Made by a program: the position numbers and the translations under genes | Assembly (NCBI GenBank): GCA_039933785.1 | Contig: JBDTNL010000014.1 | Coordinates: 1,382-65,381, forward strand | Origin: Acidobacteriota bacterium | GTDB lineage: Bacteria > Acidobacteriota > Thermoanaerobaculia > Multivoradales > JAGPDF01 | Length of the DNA stretch: 64,000 nt | Reading direction: 5' to 3' | Part shown: piece after piece, positions 28,675 through 37,219 of the stretch | Numbering within the stretch: position 1 is the first letter of the stretch | How the letters are laid out: each line of letters opens with the position of its first letter | Notes under the pieces: model-generated | The model's input: only the letters and a program-made list of their open reading frames with translations | What the model was told of the DNA's origin: nothing | The model's database searches: none

Positions 28675-28690
28675 AGCAGGATTGGTGCCA
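28675..28690 (-). promoter_or_regulatory. Candidate sigma-54 promoter for the 907-aa secreted protein gene
   Basis: Minus-strand TGGCACcaatcCTGCT (GG-N10-GC) ~58 nt upstream of ATG 28617. Confidence 0.5.
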
Positions 28691-28753
28691 GCGGCTGGAA
28701 AAGGGATCCCGGCGGCACTGCTCTTGCAGAGCCCCGCACAGACCGGGGGTGAT

Positions 28754-29839
28754 TTGGAGACGCCATTGATCGATGTCGAGCCTCAGAGCATCGCAGCTTC
28801 GCCCCGCGGCGCGGAGACCGCCCTGCGCGGTTTGTTCATTCTCGCCTGCTTCTATACCGCCTACTTCGCGCGCGATTTCCTGCTGCCGCTCGGCGTCGCA
28901 GTGCTATTGAAGTTCTTGCTCGACCCCCTCGTCCGGCGACTCAAGAGGTGGCGCGTGCCGGAAGCTGCGGGCGCCGCCATCGTGGTGCTGGCGATGCTCG
29001 GTGTGCTCGGCTACGGCGTGGTCTCATTGGCGCATCCGGCCGGCGAGTGGTTGGCCAGTCTGCCGGCGAGCGCACGCAAGCTCGAGAGCCAGCTGCGGCC
29101 TTGGCGCAAGCCGGTCGAGCAGGTTGCCTCCGCCGGCCAGCAAGTGGAGAAGATGGCCAACTTGGGTGCCGAGCCGGCGTCGGCGAGTGCGGTCCCGGCG
29201 ACGGCGCCTTCCGCTGCCTCGGCGATCGGCCGCACCGTTTCTATGCTCGGTACATTCCTTGTCACCTTGCTTCTTTTGTATTTTCTGCTCGCCTCCGGCA
29301 ATCTCATTCTGCGCAAACTGATCAAGGTGCTGCCTCGTCTCCAGGACAAGAAGCGCGCGGTTCGCATGGCAGAGCAGATCGAGAGCGAGGTCTCGGCGTA
29401 CCTGCTGACGATCACGGCGATCAACTTGGGGTTCGGCGCCGCCGTCGGTGTCGCGATGTGGGCCCTGAAAATGCCGAACCCGGTCCTCTGGGGCGTGCTC
29501 GCGATGGCGGCCAACTATCTGCCCTACCTGGGGCCCACGGTATGCGTGGCGGTGCTCACCGCGGTGGCGCTGCTGACCTTTGGCACGACTGGAACGGCGT
29601 TGCTGGTTCCCGCCGCCTTCCTAGCCCTGCATGCAGTCGAAAGCTACTTCGTCACGCCGTTCCTCGTCGGACGCCGGCTGACGCTCAATCCGTTGGCAAT
29701 TTTCCTCGGAGTCTCTTTTTGGGGCTGGGTTTGGGGCGTGCCGGGTGCGTTGCTGGCGGTCCCCTTCATGGCCATCTTCAAGATCTTCTGCGACCACATC
29801 GAGGGTCTCGGGGGGGTCGGCGAGTTCCTCGGAAGCTGA
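28754..29839 (+). CDS. AI-2E family transporter (PerM/UPF0118)
   Basis: 8 TM segments and conserved C-terminal region; start uncertain (ORF-track ATG 28616 would overlap divergent gene start and its promoter; TTG 28754 or 28766 more plausible). Confidence 0.8.
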   Translation: METPLIDVEPQSIAASPRGAETALRGLFILACFYTAYFARDFLLPLGVAVLLKFLLDPLVRRLKRWRVPEAAGAAIVVLAMLGVLGYGVVSLAHPAGEWLASLPASARKLESQLRPWRKPVEQVASAGQQVEKMANLGAEPASASAVPATAPSAASAIGRTVSMLGTFLVTLLLLYFLLASGNLILRKLIKVLPRLQDKKRAVRMAEQIESEVSAYLLTITAINLGFGAAVGVAMWALKMPNPVLWGVLAMAANYLPYLGPTVCVAVLTAVALLTFGTTGTALLVPAAFLALHAVESYFVTPFLVGRRLTLNPLAIFLGVSFWGWVWGVPGALLAVPFMAIFKIFCDHIEGLGGVGEFLGS

Positions 29840-29940
29840 GGGAGGGGAGCGCCAGTCGGGACGCCGAAGGTTCCCGCGTGACTCGGTGCGGCGGTGCTCA
29901 AGGGAGCGATGACGGCGCCCGAAAGCTCGCAAAGTGGAGC

Positions 29941-29956
29941 TGGCATACGCGATGCA
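29941..29956 (+). promoter_or_regulatory. Candidate sigma-54 promoter upstream of two small-protein genes
   Basis: TGGCATacgcgATGCA (GG-N10-GC), ~65 nt upstream of ATG 30022. Confidence 0.55.
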
Positions 29957-30021
29957 AACAACGATGGCAGAGATCACAGACAATCGAAGACTCTCAATGC
30001 CCGCGCGCCTGGAGAACGAAC

Positions 30022-30324
30022 ATGAAGCTCGCCGACCCTCTTAGCCCCAGTGAAGGTGTCCAGACGCTCGCCGATCCGGAGTTGCACTGGTTCGAGACCG
30101 CGGACCACGTGCCGTCCATGCTCAACGACATTGGCAAGCCCCTGGTCTGCTTTCGTCGCGACCGTGGCATCTACTTCGCGTGCTACCTGCCGGAGAAAGC
30201 CTGGTACTGGACCGGAGAGCAGGTCCCAGTTCCCGAGCGCTGGGCGCCTTCCGAGGGCGGCAACAGGAGTTGGCGTCACCGCGCTCGGGGTCGCTCCCCG
30301 GTCAGCCGTCAGGAGATGCTGTGA
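30022..30324 (+). CDS. Hypothetical small protein (100 aa)
   Basis: RBS GGAGAA 6 nt upstream; high GC3; stop overlaps next start (GTGA). Confidence 0.55.
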   Translation: MKLADPLSPSEGVQTLADPELHWFETADHVPSMLNDIGKPLVCFRRDRGIYFACYLPEKAWYWTGEQVPVPERWAPSEGGNRSWRHRARGRSPVSRQEML

Positions 30325-30830
30325 ACACGCCGGAGCGCGGTTTCCAGATCGTTCCTCGGGCCGAAGTGCCCGAGAACAAGGACCGCGACACATCGAGTAT
30401 CGATCCTGCCAAGCACGGCTTGGGCACCGGCTTCGGCGTTCTCGGGGGCGCGGCGGCGGGCGCGGCCGTCGGCGCTGCCGGCGGTCCCGCGGGCATGGCA
30501 GTCGGTGGGCTGGTCGGTGCCGTCGTTGGTGGCCTCGCGGGAAGGACTCTCGGCGAGGTGGTCAACCCGACGGTTGAGGAGGCCTACTGGCGCGCGGAGC
30601 ACACGCGCCGGCCGTATGGCGAGGCGACCTCCTTTGACGCCTATCGCGCTGCCTACCGGTACGGTTGGGAAGAGCGTCTGCGCCAACCGCTGGATCGAAG
30701 CTTTCGCGATTCGGAGCCCGAACTCGAGCGCGGCTGGGAGCACGGCCGGGGGCGATCGGGGCTGCCCTGGATCCAGGCGCGGCCGGCGGCCCAGGATGCC
30801 TGGGAGCGCGTGGAACGGGCTCGGGTCTAG
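30321..30830 (+). CDS. Glycine-zipper membrane-associated hypothetical protein (169 aa)
   Basis: GTG 30321 with GGAG 7 nt upstream; GLGTGFGVLGGAAAGAAVGAAGGPAGMAVGGLVGAVVGGLAG Gly-zipper; Trp/Arg/Glu-rich C-terminal tail. Confidence 0.55.
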   Translation: MNTPERGFQIVPRAEVPENKDRDTSSIDPAKHGLGTGFGVLGGAAAGAAVGAAGGPAGMAVGGLVGAVVGGLAGRTLGEVVNPTVEEAYWRAEHTRRPYGEATSFDAYRAAYRYGWEERLRQPLDRSFRDSEPELERGWEHGRGRSGLPWIQARPAAQDAWERVERARV

Positions 30831-30862
30831 GACTCTTTCCCTTTGTACATTTTGGGTACGGC

Positions 30863-32260
30863 TCAGCCTTCGCCGATGCCCGCGGCACTGTACTCGCGCA
30901 AGCGAGTGTAGAGCGTCTTCAGACTGATCCCGAGCGTGTTGGCAGCGGCCGGCTTGTCGCCTGCGCATTGTTCGAGCGTCGCCAGGACCACTCGCCGTTC
31001 GATGTCCGCAAGAGAGCTCGGAATGGACACCACCACGGTGTTCTTCGCGCCCGCCGCGGGAGACTCGGGACCGCCGTTCGTCTTCGCCGGCGCGACCAGA
31101 CCCTTGCCCTTCAATTGCACCGGCAGGTGCTCGAGGTGAATCTGTTCTTCGGCCAAGATGTAGGCCTGCTGCATCGCATTGCGCAGCTCACGCACATTGC
31201 CGGGCCACGCGTAGGCGCGCACTCCGGCAAGCGCCGAGGGCGAAAGATTCTTTTTGTCGCCGCTGGCGCTCGCGAAGTCGTCCAGAAAATAGTCGGTGAG
31301 GGCGAGGATGTCGTCGCCGCGCTCGCGCAGCGGCGGCAGGTCGACCGGGACGACACGCAATCGATAGAGCAGGTCGGCGCGGAATTTTCCCTGGGCTACC
31401 GACTCGTCAAGGTTGCAGTTCGAGGCCGCGATCACTCGCACGTCGACGGTGATTTGGCGTTCGGCGCCGACTCGCATGAAGGTTCCGGTCTCGAGGACCC
31501 GCAGGAGCTTCACCTGCAAGTCGAGCGGCATCTCGCTGATCTCGTCGAGGAAGAGAGTGCCCAGGTGGGCGCGTTCGAAGACGCCCTTGCGTTGGCGGTC
31601 GGCGCCGGTGAAGCTGCCGCGCTCATGGCCGAAGAGCTCGCTCTCGATGAGGGTCGCGGAGATCGCGCCGCAGTTGATGGCGATGAACGGCCGGTGCGCG
31701 CGGCGGCTGAGGCGGTGAATGGTTTCGGCGACCAGTTCCTTGCCGGTGCCGCTCTCGCCGCTGATCATCACGCTGGCGTCGGTGGGCGCCACGCGCGCGA
31801 TGCGGTCGTACACCTGCTGCATCGGAGTCGACGAACCGATCATCGACCCGAAACGGCCGAGCTCGCGGAGCGTCGAACGCAGCGCGGCGATCTCTTGCCG
31901 TTCGGCGCCGGTGCGGCAAATGCGTTCGAGCAGGGTCTTTAGTCGCGCCGCTTCCACCGGCTTTTGGAGAAAATCGGTAGCGCCGGCGCGCAGAGTTTCC
32001 ACCGCGACGTCCACGGTAGCGCGGCCCGTCACCATGACCAGTTCGGCGCCGGCGGCCACGCACTCCGGCGCCAACTCGAGGCCGGTGCCATCGGGCAAGT
32101 GGTAGTCGGCGAGCACGGCGATGGGCGCCACCGTCGCCAGGGCTTGGCGGGCGGACTGGAGATCGCGCGCGGTGACGGTCTCCAGCCCCTCGGCGCGCAC
32201 CAACGCCTCCAGGGCGCTCAGGGATACGGGTTCGTCATCGACGATTAGGATCGTTTGCAT
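30863..32260 (-). CDS. Sigma-54-dependent response regulator (NtrC family: REC + AAA+ + Fis HTH)
   Basis: N-terminal REC (DDEP...D), Walker A GESGTGKE, GAFTGA-type motif ERGSFTGA, C-terminal HTH. Confidence 0.9.
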   Translation of the reverse strand: MQTILIVDDEPVSLSALEALVRAEGLETVTARDLQSARQALATVAPIAVLADYHLPDGTGLELAPECVAAGAELVMVTGRATVDVAVETLRAGATDFLQKPVEAARLKTLLERICRTGAERQEIAALRSTLRELGRFGSMIGSSTPMQQVYDRIARVAPTDASVMISGESGTGKELVAETIHRLSRRAHRPFIAINCGAISATLIESELFGHERGSFTGADRQRKGVFERAHLGTLFLDEISEMPLDLQVKLLRVLETGTFMRVGAERQITVDVRVIAASNCNLDESVAQGKFRADLLYRLRVVPVDLPPLRERGDDILALTDYFLDDFASASGDKKNLSPSALAGVRAYAWPGNVRELRNAMQQAYILAEEQIHLEHLPVQLKGKGLVAPAKTNGGPESPAAGAKNTVVVSIPSSLADIERRVVLATLEQCAGDKPAAANTLGISLKTLYTRLREYSAAGIGEG

Positions 32261-32283
32261 GGCGTTCTCTTTAGACTAGCAGT

Positions 32284-32299
32284 TGGCTTCCGTCTTGCT
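32284..32299 (+). promoter_or_regulatory. Weak candidate sigma-54 promoter upstream of hybrid histidine kinase
   Basis: TTGGCTtccgtcTTGCT with GG-N10-GC spacing; only ~13 nt 5'UTR before RBS AGGGGGA. Confidence 0.3.
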
Positions 32300-32322
32300 A
32301 CCATCGTGTCAAGGGGGACCTC

Positions 32323-34725
32323 TTGCCATCATCCGAGCCCGATCTCTCATCCAGTCCCACCGCCCGCAAGCTCGGCTTGACCAGTACGAGATTCTTCGTC
32401 CCCGAGGTCAGATCTCCGGCGCTGCGGGTGTTGGTTGCTGTTGGGTTGGCGGCGATGATTCCCTTGGCCTACTCGCGGAGCGCTGAGTGGGCGGGGACGG
32501 GCTCCTATTTCGTGCTCGCGTTTCTGGCGGTGATCGCCTCGGCTTGGCTCGGTCGGCTGGCGTCGGGTTTGATCACGCTGGTCGCCTGTGCCCTGCTGAG
32601 CATCTATTTCTTCCCGGCGCCGAACCCCGAATGGACGGTGGACGCTCACAGGGCCCGCCTCACTCTGCTCTTCCTGATTGGCGGGGGACTGATCTGCCTG
32701 GTTATTGAAGCCCTGCATTTCGGTCACTCGGTCACCTCGCGCCTGCGCGCCGAGAGCGAGGCCCTGGCTCGGCAGCTGGCGGCGGAGCGCGAGCGCCTGC
32801 ATGCGTTTCTCGCCAACCTGCCCGGCGTCGTTTGGGAGGCCGCGCTGGCGCCGGGCCACGCGCGCCCCTTGATGTCGTTCATGTCGCCGAACGTCGAGAG
32901 CCGGCTGGGCTGGAAGCCCGAGGCGCTGAACCTGGCCGACTCGGCCTGGCGGGCGGTCCTGCATCCTGAAGACGAGCAGACGCTGTGGAGCGCCCTCCAG
33001 GCGGCCCAGCCGGGATCGGTGGGGCGCGTCCGCGGGCGGTGGGTGGATCCCCAGGGTGGTGTGCGCTGGTTCGATACCTATTTCTCGAGCGGCTCCGGTC
33101 CCGAGGGAGCGAACCATCGCCTGCGCTGCCTTTCGGTCGACGTCACCGACGCCGAACGCGCCGAGCGCGCGGTGGAGAACAGCGAGTTACGTTTCCGCGC
33201 CACCGCCGAACGGGCGCCGATGATGATGTGGCGCGCCGACCCGGAGGGCAACACCACTTGGGCCAACCGCGCCTGGCTCGAGTTTCGCGGCCGGGCGATG
33301 GACTTCGAGTCCGGTCTCGGCTGGCTGCGCGACGTTCACGCCGACGACCTCGACTCGGTGGCGCGAGCGCTCACCCGCTCGGCGGGCTCCAAGGACGAAG
33401 TCCGGTTGGAGTACCGGGTGCGTAAACACGATGGGACCTTCCCTTGGGTGTTCTCGCTGCGCCTGCCGCAGGCCGACAGCGAGGGCGCGCTCGATGGCTA
33501 CCTGGGTTTCGCGATCGACATCAGCGAGCGCAAGGAGCTCGAGCTGCAGCGCGAGCGCATGCTGAAGGAGACCCAGCGGGCTCGGCTCGAAGCCGAGATC
33601 GCGACCCGTAGCAAGGACGACTTCCTGGCCAAGGTGTCGCATGAGTTGCGCAACCCGCTGAACGGGATCCTGGGCTGGGCGCAACTGCTGCGCCGCGACG
33701 ACATCGAACCCGAGGAGATGACCCGCGGCTTGGCGATGCTCGAATCGGGCGCGCGCGCTCTCTCGCAACTGGTGGACGACCTGCTCGACGTCTCCCGCAT
33801 CATCGCGGGCAAGATGGACCTGGCGCTCGAGCAAACCGATCTGCGCTCCGTGCTCGAGGCCGCCATGGCCACGGTAACGCCGGCGGCCGAGGCCAAAGGC
33901 GTCGAGCTCGAGGCCGCGGCGCCGGAGGATCTGCCGGTGGTGATGGGCGATCCCCGGCGATTGCGCCAAGTGGCCTGGAATCTACTCGCGAATGGCGTGA
34001 AGTTCACCCCGCGAGGTGGGCGCGTCCGCTGGGCGATCGAGCGGGAGGGTTCGCTGTTGGCCCTCCGAGTGACCGACACCGGCATCGGGATCGCACCCGA
34101 GTTCCTGCCCGAGGTGTTCTCGCCGTTCCGCCAGGGTGAGTCGACGACGACCAGGCGCTACCAGGGGCTCGGCCTCGGCCTGGCTATCGTGCGTCAACTG
34201 GTGGAGCTCCACGGCGGGACCGTGGACGCGCAGAGCGCGGGCCTGGAGCAGGGCTCCACCTTCACTGTCCGCCTCCCCGTGGCGAGCATGACTGCCGCCT
34301 CCGCCCCAGTAGTGGAAGCGCCCGAGGAAGACGACGCGGCCGCGTTGTCGGGCGTCGCGGTGCTGGTGGTCGACGACGACCCGACCGCTCGCGAGCTCCT
34401 GCACGTCTTGCTGTCGCGGGTGGGCGCGCAGTGTCGCGAAGCCGCTTCGCCAAGCGAGGCCCGCGCGCTGCTCGAAGATCGGCTCCCGAACGTCATCGTG
34501 AGCGACATCGAGATGCCCAACGAGGACGGCTATTCCTTCCTCCGCAGCCTGCGCGCTCTCGAGCCTCGGCGTGGAGGGAGCATTCCGGCGATCGCCTTGA
34601 CCGCATTCGCGCAGGCCGAGGACCGCAAGCGAACGGCGCTGGCGGGCTTTCAAGCTCATCTGGCGAAACCGGTCGACGTCGAGTTGCTGGTCAGCACGAT
34701 CGCGCAGATGGCACGCACCCCGTAG
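32323..34725 (+). CDS. Hybrid sensor histidine kinase (TM N-terminus, PAS domains, HisKA, HATPase_c, C-terminal REC)
   Basis: H-box VSHELRNPLN, G-boxes, C-terminal receiver VLVVDDDP...D; TTG start with RBS. Confidence 0.85.
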   Translation: MPSSEPDLSSSPTARKLGLTSTRFFVPEVRSPALRVLVAVGLAAMIPLAYSRSAEWAGTGSYFVLAFLAVIASAWLGRLASGLITLVACALLSIYFFPAPNPEWTVDAHRARLTLLFLIGGGLICLVIEALHFGHSVTSRLRAESEALARQLAAERERLHAFLANLPGVVWEAALAPGHARPLMSFMSPNVESRLGWKPEALNLADSAWRAVLHPEDEQTLWSALQAAQPGSVGRVRGRWVDPQGGVRWFDTYFSSGSGPEGANHRLRCLSVDVTDAERAERAVENSELRFRATAERAPMMMWRADPEGNTTWANRAWLEFRGRAMDFESGLGWLRDVHADDLDSVARALTRSAGSKDEVRLEYRVRKHDGTFPWVFSLRLPQADSEGALDGYLGFAIDISERKELELQRERMLKETQRARLEAEIATRSKDDFLAKVSHELRNPLNGILGWAQLLRRDDIEPEEMTRGLAMLESGARALSQLVDDLLDVSRIIAGKMDLALEQTDLRSVLEAAMATVTPAAEAKGVELEAAAPEDLPVVMGDPRRLRQVAWNLLANGVKFTPRGGRVRWAIEREGSLLALRVTDTGIGIAPEFLPEVFSPFRQGESTTTRRYQGLGLGLAIVRQLVELHGGTVDAQSAGLEQGSTFTVRLPVASMTAASAPVVEAPEEDDAAALSGVAVLVVDDDPTARELLHVLLSRVGAQCREAASPSEARALLEDRLPNVIVSDIEMPNEDGYSFLRSLRALEPRRGGSIPAIALTAFAQAEDRKRTALAGFQAHLAKPVDVELLVSTIAQMARTP

Positions 34726-34754
34726 AGTCGGAATGGGGCGAAGACCCCCGTCGG

Positions 34755-34770
34755 TGGCACGAAAACTGCT
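34755..34770 (+). promoter_or_regulatory. Candidate sigma-54 promoter 30 nt after the kinase stop
   Basis: TGGCACgaaaaCTGCT (GG-N10-GC). Confidence 0.45.
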
Positions 34771-34857
34771 AAATCAAGGACTGTAGCCGCGCGCAGTGCC
34801 TCGCGGCCTCTTCCCCAACGAGGCCGGCCGCTGTTTGGCTGGCTGCTCGCCCCCGCG

Positions 34858-34902
34858 GAGCCGGAGAGAGCCGACTCTCTCCGGCTCCGTCCCTCCATTT
34901 TT
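34858..34902 (+). terminator. Perfect 13-bp stem-loop followed (after 10 nt) by T5; possible terminator or protein-binding element
   Basis: GAGCCGGAGAGAG-ccga-CTCTCTCCGGCTC then cgtccctccaTTTTTgg. Confidence 0.4.
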
Positions 34903-34912
34903 GGTGTCGCAG

Positions 34913-34941
34913 TTGACAGACTCAAACAGTCGTTTGATACT
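34913..34941 (+). promoter_or_regulatory. Sigma-70-like promoter of tetR/efflux operon with embedded 16-bp palindrome (candidate TetR operator)
   Basis: TTGACA(34913-18)-17 nt-GATACT; palindrome TCAAACagtcGTTTGA at 34922-34937 within the spacer. Confidence 0.45.
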
Positions 34942-35021
34942 CCCGTTTCCAACTGCGGCGAGCCCGGTCGCCTCGCTCGCCGTTGAATGGGCTTAGCAGA
35001 TCCCGGGGAGGACACGCGGAA

Positions 35022-35699
35022 ATGCAGATGCAGGTGGAAGTGGACAACGAGACACCGATCGATTCGAGCACTCAGACTCGACAGCGCCTGCTTGACGCCT
35101 CAGAAGCGCTCTTTGCCGAACGGGGCTTCCGCGGCGCTTCGGTGCGCGACATCACCCAGGCCGCGGCCTGCAACCTCGCCTCCGTGAACTACCACTTCGG
35201 CGGCAAGTCGAACCTCTACCGCGAGGTCATCATGCGCCGTCTGACCGAGCTTCGCGCCGGTCGTCTCGGCGCCGTGGATGGTGCCATGCAACGGGCGGAG
35301 ACGGAGCCCACGGTCGAGCTTCTGCTGCGCTCGTTCACCATCGCCTTCCTCGAGCCTCTGGTACAGAGCAGCGCCGGTCGCCGGTGGGTCAACTTGATGT
35401 CGCGCGAGATGCTCGATCCGCAGCTGCCGCGGGACATGTTTCGCACCGAGATGGTGCTGCCGATCCACCAGGCGCTCGGGCACGCGCTGCAACGCCTCTG
35501 TCCCCGGCTCTCGCCCGAGGTCACCGAGCTCTGTGTCGATTCCCTGATCGGGCAGCTGGTGTACATCGAGCGCCTGCATCGCTGCACCGAGCTTTCGACG
35601 ACGCCGGCGGATCTGCTGTTTTCGTTGCCCGCTCGAGTCGACCACACGGTCAGGTTCACCGCCGCCGCCATCGAAGTCCTAGCCTCCGAGAAGGGATGA
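35022..35699 (+). CDS. TetR/AcrR family transcriptional regulator
   Basis: N-terminal HTH LLDASEALFAERGFRGASVRDITQAAACNLASVNYHFG; start at ATG 35022 with RBS GGGAGG. Confidence 0.85.
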   Translation: MQMQVEVDNETPIDSSTQTRQRLLDASEALFAERGFRGASVRDITQAAACNLASVNYHFGGKSNLYREVIMRRLTELRAGRLGAVDGAMQRAETEPTVELLLRSFTIAFLEPLVQSSAGRRWVNLMSREMLDPQLPRDMFRTEMVLPIHQALGHALQRLCPRLSPEVTELCVDSLIGQLVYIERLHRCTELSTTPADLLFSLPARVDHTVRFTAAAIEVLASEKG

Positions 35700-37219
35700 G
35701 CATGCGACCGCGCTGGTTTCGGCGCGCCCTCCTGGGCGCGGTTGTCCTACTCCCGGCCTTGGTTGGCCCGGCGCGACTGGCCGCCGCGACGCCGTCGGTG
35801 GCGCCCGCGGCCGATCGGCCGTGGGTCCCCGCGGCGGGTGAGAAGCCGGCCCCTCTGCTGGTGCCGGAGGCCGGCGCCGCGGCGTCGATTCCCGCCGGGA
35901 CGCAGGTGACGTTGGCGCAAGTGCTCGATCTGGCGCTCCGCAACAGCCCGGTCACCCGCGAGACTTGGCTCGCCGCCAAGGCCGCGGCCGCCGAGGTCGG
36001 CGTGCAGCGCGCCCAGTACTACCCGACGCTCAATGCCGGCGCCAACCTCACGCGCGTGCAACAGGCGCAGGTCGGCGGCACCTTCCATGTTCGCCAGACC
36101 ACGTACGGCCCGACCGCCGAGTTCTCGTTCCTGCTCTTCGATCTCGGCGGCCGCCGCGGCGATCTCGACGAGGCGAAGCAGGCGCTGCTCGCTGCCGACT
36201 GGTCGCACAACGCCGCCATCCAGGACGTGGTGTTGAACGTGCAGCGCGCCTACTACAGCTATCTCGGCTCGGTGGGCCTGCGCGACTCGCTGCTCGGATC
36301 GATCAAGCAGGCCGAGGTGAGCGTGAACTCGGCCGAGGCGCGGCGCGGTGCGGGGTTGGCCACCATCGCCGACGTTCTGCAATCGCGCACGCTGCTCGAA
36401 CAGGAGAGGCTCGCGCTCGCCCAGACCGAGGGCGACATGAAGTCGATCAAGGGGGCCCTGGCGACCGCGGTCGGCCTGCCGCCCAACATCGAAGTCGAGG
36501 TGAGCACACTCGGTGCGCTGCCCAAAGACTTGCCAGAGCTTCCCGGTCTCATGGGGTCGACGGCCGACATGGGGAAGCTTCTGCAGACCGCGCTCGCCGA
36601 CCGCCCGGACCTGCTCGCCGAGCGCGCGCGAGTGAACGCCGCCGCGGCGCGCATCGCACAGGAACGCAGCGCCGGTCTGCCCAGCCTGTCCTTCGACACG
36701 ACTGCGAACCGCACGTTTTACGATCACGTGCCGGGCTCGCGTCCGAGCACCAACTACAGCGCTCAGCTGGCCCTGCGGGTGCCGCTCTTCACCGGCTTCG
36801 AGACCAAGTTCAAGGTCGCCAAGGCCAAGGCCGAGGCCGATCTCGAGCAGGCTCGCCTCGACCAGGCGGTGCAGCAAACGATGCTCGACGTGTGGACGAG
36901 CTACTACAAGCTGCAGACCGCCGCGCAGTCGGTCGCGAGCAGCCGGGCGCTGCTCGACAGCGCCGGGCAGAGCGCTGATGTATCGGGCGGGCGCTACAAG
37001 GAAGGGGTCGGCGACATCCTCGAGCTGCTGACCTCGCAGAGCGCGCTCGCCGACGCGCGGGCGCGCGAGATCGTTTCGCGAGCCCAGTGGTTCATCGCCC
37101 TCGCCGAGCTGCAACGGGCGACCGGCGCGCTGCAGCTGGCGCTTCCCGGTACCGACGACCCCGACAATTCCGCCAATCCTCCAATACCGACCGCGACGGA
37201 GCCGCAGGCCCATCCATGA
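35696..37219 (+). CDS. Outer-membrane efflux protein (TolC/OprM family)
   Basis: ATG overlaps tetR stop (ATGA); signal peptide; two OEP repeats. Confidence 0.85.
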   Translation: MSMRPRWFRRALLGAVVLLPALVGPARLAAATPSVAPAADRPWVPAAGEKPAPLLVPEAGAAASIPAGTQVTLAQVLDLALRNSPVTRETWLAAKAAAAEVGVQRAQYYPTLNAGANLTRVQQAQVGGTFHVRQTTYGPTAEFSFLLFDLGGRRGDLDEAKQALLAADWSHNAAIQDVVLNVQRAYYSYLGSVGLRDSLLGSIKQAEVSVNSAEARRGAGLATIADVLQSRTLLEQERLALAQTEGDMKSIKGALATAVGLPPNIEVEVSTLGALPKDLPELPGLMGSTADMGKLLQTALADRPDLLAERARVNAAAARIAQERSAGLPSLSFDTTANRTFYDHVPGSRPSTNYSAQLALRVPLFTGFETKFKVAKAKAEADLEQARLDQAVQQTMLDVWTSYYKLQTAAQSVASSRALLDSAGQSADVSGGRYKEGVGDILELLTSQSALADARAREIVSRAQWFIALAELQRATGALQLALPGTDDPDNSANPPIPTATEPQAHP

